Assembly (NCBI GenBank): GCA_013205605.1
Contig: JABMMK010000188.1
Coordinates: 1-37,302 of the forward strand
Length of the DNA: 37,302 nt
Source: Cytophagales bacterium
GTDB taxonomy: Bacteria; Bacteroidota; Bacteroidia; Cytophagales; Spirosomataceae
Direction: 5' to 3'
This document shows, in pieces, positions 35,346-37,302 of the stretch. Each line of letters begins with the position of its first letter. Position 1 is the first letter of the stretch. A model generated the notes under the pieces. That model was not told the origin of the DNA. It searched no databases and saw only the letters and a program-made list of their open reading frames with translations. The position numbers and the translations under genes are program-made.

Positions 35346-36890
35346 TTATTGTTTGATCATTCGCCTACTTTGGCGCTGTCCATTAGGCCCAGACAAACTA
35401 ATGATGTAAAAACCTGAGCTGATTCGAGCTAGATCCGCCGTAATTTGATAGGATCCCACTTCTCGATTGCCCTGATAAATCTCCTGAATCTCCTGACCCT
35501 GAAGATCATAAACCGCTAATTTAATTTGCATCTTTTCAAATACTGAATATTGAATTAAAGCAAAATCAATGACCGGATTAGGTACTGAGGTGACAAGTTC
35601 CAGCGAAGTAAATTCTGGCATTTGTTCCGGTGAATTCTGATAAATAGGCAGACGCTCAAAAGCCTGATTGAAAATTTGCTGCGTTTTCACCGCATCTACG
35701 CCCAAGTGGTCACGTATGATGGTCGAATACACTTGGCGATAATCATAATTGAACTTCAAGTCCCCATTCGCATCTAAAATTTTTAGATTGGGATTCTCCC
35801 CGATCAAGCCACCTCGCACGGTTTTTCCGATGACAAACATAGGCGCGGCTGTTCCATGATCAGTCCCTAAAGTTCCATTCTGTTTCACAGTCCGGCCAAA
35901 TTCAGAAAAAGTAACCACCGATACGGAATCAGCTAAATTCATATTTTCTAAATCAGTTTGAAATGCGGTCACCGCCTCTGAAATCGTTTTCCATAGGTTA
36001 GCGTGTTGCGTCAATTGGTTTGAGTGCGTGTCAAAACCGCCAATGGTTGTCAAGAAAATAGGCGTTTGAATACCTCCCGAAATTAATTTAGAGACAATTT
36101 GTAATTGGCGCGCCAAATTACTCGAAGGATATGTAATATTAATCTTGCCCTTCGCAGCACATTCTTGAATAACCTTCGAATATTGAATGGAAGAGGTGGC
36201 TATTTGCTTCAAAAAACCTAATTCTTCACCAGCTAAGGTGGCAGGGGGCATATCTGAATCTGCGGTACTTCCGTTGACCAACTGGTAAAATAAATTGGGG
36301 TCCTCAAAAACGGTTCCAAAGCGACCCAAATCGGACTGAAACAAAAGCGATTCGACAGAGCCCAATTGGATGGCCATCGGATGAGTAGGCAAATTCATCG
36401 GATATTGAGGATATTTAATGCTTAAGTACCTTCCAGCCCAGCCTTCATCCCAAACGATATTGGCATTAGAGCCCGTGTTCCAAATATCTGTGGCACGAAA
36501 ATGTGATCGATTAGGATTCGAATACCCAATGTTCTGAAGCACACTTACTTTCCCTTGGTCATACATTTTTTTAATCCCAAGCATCGCGGGATTTAAATAC
36601 ATGCCATTTTTAAGAGGAATCGCCGCATCTTTTTTAATGCCTATATCAGGTCTTTTGATAAAATATTGATCATCCTCAGCCGGAATGACGGTATTTAATC
36701 CATCATTTCCACCGCTTAACTGAATGATAACTAAGGCTTTACCAGGTTGCGCTCCAGCAACCATGGAAGCCATGGAGGCGGGAACTTGTGCATATGCTTT
36801 TCCAGTCACTGAGCCCATACCCCAAGCAGCCCCGCCACTGAGCAAGGCCATTTGATGTAAAAATTGCTTTCTAGATACGTTCTTTTTCAT
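35346..36890 (-). CDS. DUF1501 domain protein with Tat-like signal peptide and T9SS type A C-terminal sorting domain
   Basis: SRKQFL...AYA signal. DUF1501 motifs LSGGNDGLN, NRSHF, GGFDTH, SEFGR, GTDHG. C-terminus VPNP...VYDLQG...SSGFYIISL...RRMIKQ. Confidence 0.88.
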   Translation of the reverse strand: MKKNVSRKQFLHQMALLSGGAAWGMGSVTGKAYAQVPASMASMVAGAQPGKALVIIQLSGGNDGLNTVIPAEDDQYFIKRPDIGIKKDAAIPLKNGMYLNPAMLGIKKMYDQGKVSVLQNIGYSNPNRSHFRATDIWNTGSNANIVWDEGWAGRYLSIKYPQYPMNLPTHPMAIQLGSVESLLFQSDLGRFGTVFEDPNLFYQLVNGSTADSDMPPATLAGEELGFLKQIATSSIQYSKVIQECAAKGKINITYPSSNLARQLQIVSKLISGGIQTPIFLTTIGGFDTHSNQLTQHANLWKTISEAVTAFQTDLENMNLADSVSVVTFSEFGRTVKQNGTLGTDHGTAAPMFVIGKTVRGGLIGENPNLKILDANGDLKFNYDYRQVYSTIIRDHLGVDAVKTQQIFNQAFERLPIYQNSPEQMPEFTSLELVTSVPNPVIDFALIQYSVFEKMQIKLAVYDLQGQEIQEIYQGNREVGSYQITADLARISSGFYIISLSGPNGQRQSRRMIKQ

Positions 36891-36891
36891 A

Positions 36892-37302
36892 TTAGCAGAG
36901 CTGGTATTCAGGTAATCGCATCAGCGCTTTTAAAAATTTATTTACCCGCGCGTCTGAATTGGCCGTGTAGGTATTCCAGTTGGCGGCGATCGTGCCGTCC
37001 AACAATGTATCCAACAAAAACTTGCGTCTTGTATCTGATAATGGGAATCGCAAAGCTAAACCGATGATCTCATCCACAAATTCAATCGCCTTTTCCGAGG
37101 TAGAAAATGTTCTGGCATAGGCTATAGGGACCAGTTTTGAGGTAACCGCAACTCCATTATAGCGTTTACCTGACAATAAAGAATCGGTGAATCCACCCCG
37201 ATAAGAAAAGGTGGTCGAACTTATCCACTCCCGCTGCCCAGCCCAGCCCGCCACATTGGGTGGCTGGAACATTTGCATTTGCAAAGTCCTGGCCAACTCA
37301 TA
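36892..37302 (-). CDS. DUF1800 domain protein, C-terminal part (5' end outside window)
   Basis: Frame is open to the window edge. FQPPNVAGW and terminal LMRLPEYQLC are DUF1800 hallmarks. Stop lies 1 nt before the DUF1501 start. Confidence 0.88.
   Translation of the reverse strand, partial: YELARTLQMQMFQPPNVAGWAGQREWISSTTFSYRGGFTDSLLSGKRYNGVAVTSKLVPIAYARTFSTSEKAIEFVDEIIGLALRFPLSDTRRKFLLDTLLDGTIAANWNTYTANSDARVNKFLKALMRLPEYQLC

Noticed and set aside
1-37302. CRISPR arrays, tRNA/rRNA genes, transposases, prophage or defence genes
   Set aside because: I saw no regularly spaced repeats, cloverleaf motifs or mobile-element proteins. The largest intergenic gap is about 310 bp and is explained by promoters and a UTR.

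Overview
This is an AT-rich, densely packed core-genome segment of a Bacteroidota bacterium. Gene content, TAnnTTTG promoters and compaction suggest a streamlined Cytophagales lineage such as Aquirufa (inference). It holds 35 CDSs, two of them cut by the window edges. I found no rRNA, tRNA, CRISPR array or mobile element. Housekeeping genes include murB, ribBA, lysS, gltX, gatC, pdhB, aroB, a DAHP synthase-chorismate mutase fusion, proline dehydrogenase, ridA and a cold-shock gene. Envelope-biogenesis genes are abundant: bamA, two skp, uppS, two DUF6089/PorG-like barrels, a DUF4270 lipoprotein, htrA, lspA, an mlaF-like and a gldA-like ATPase. The best leads are: (1) a DUF1800-DUF1501 pair whose DUF1501 protein has both a Tat-like signal and a T9SS C-terminal sorting domain; (2) a 48-residue Gly/Tyr insert in a predicted extracellular loop of BamA; (3) a half-length glycogen-synthase-like protein lacking KTGG that overlaps the DUF4270 lipoprotein gene; (4) a signal-peptide HhH plus beta-barrel protein, a possible DNA receptor; (5) structured non-coding flanks of the cold-shock gene; (6) candidate leaderless and face-to-face promoters. 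All family assignments come from motif recognition by eye, not database searches.
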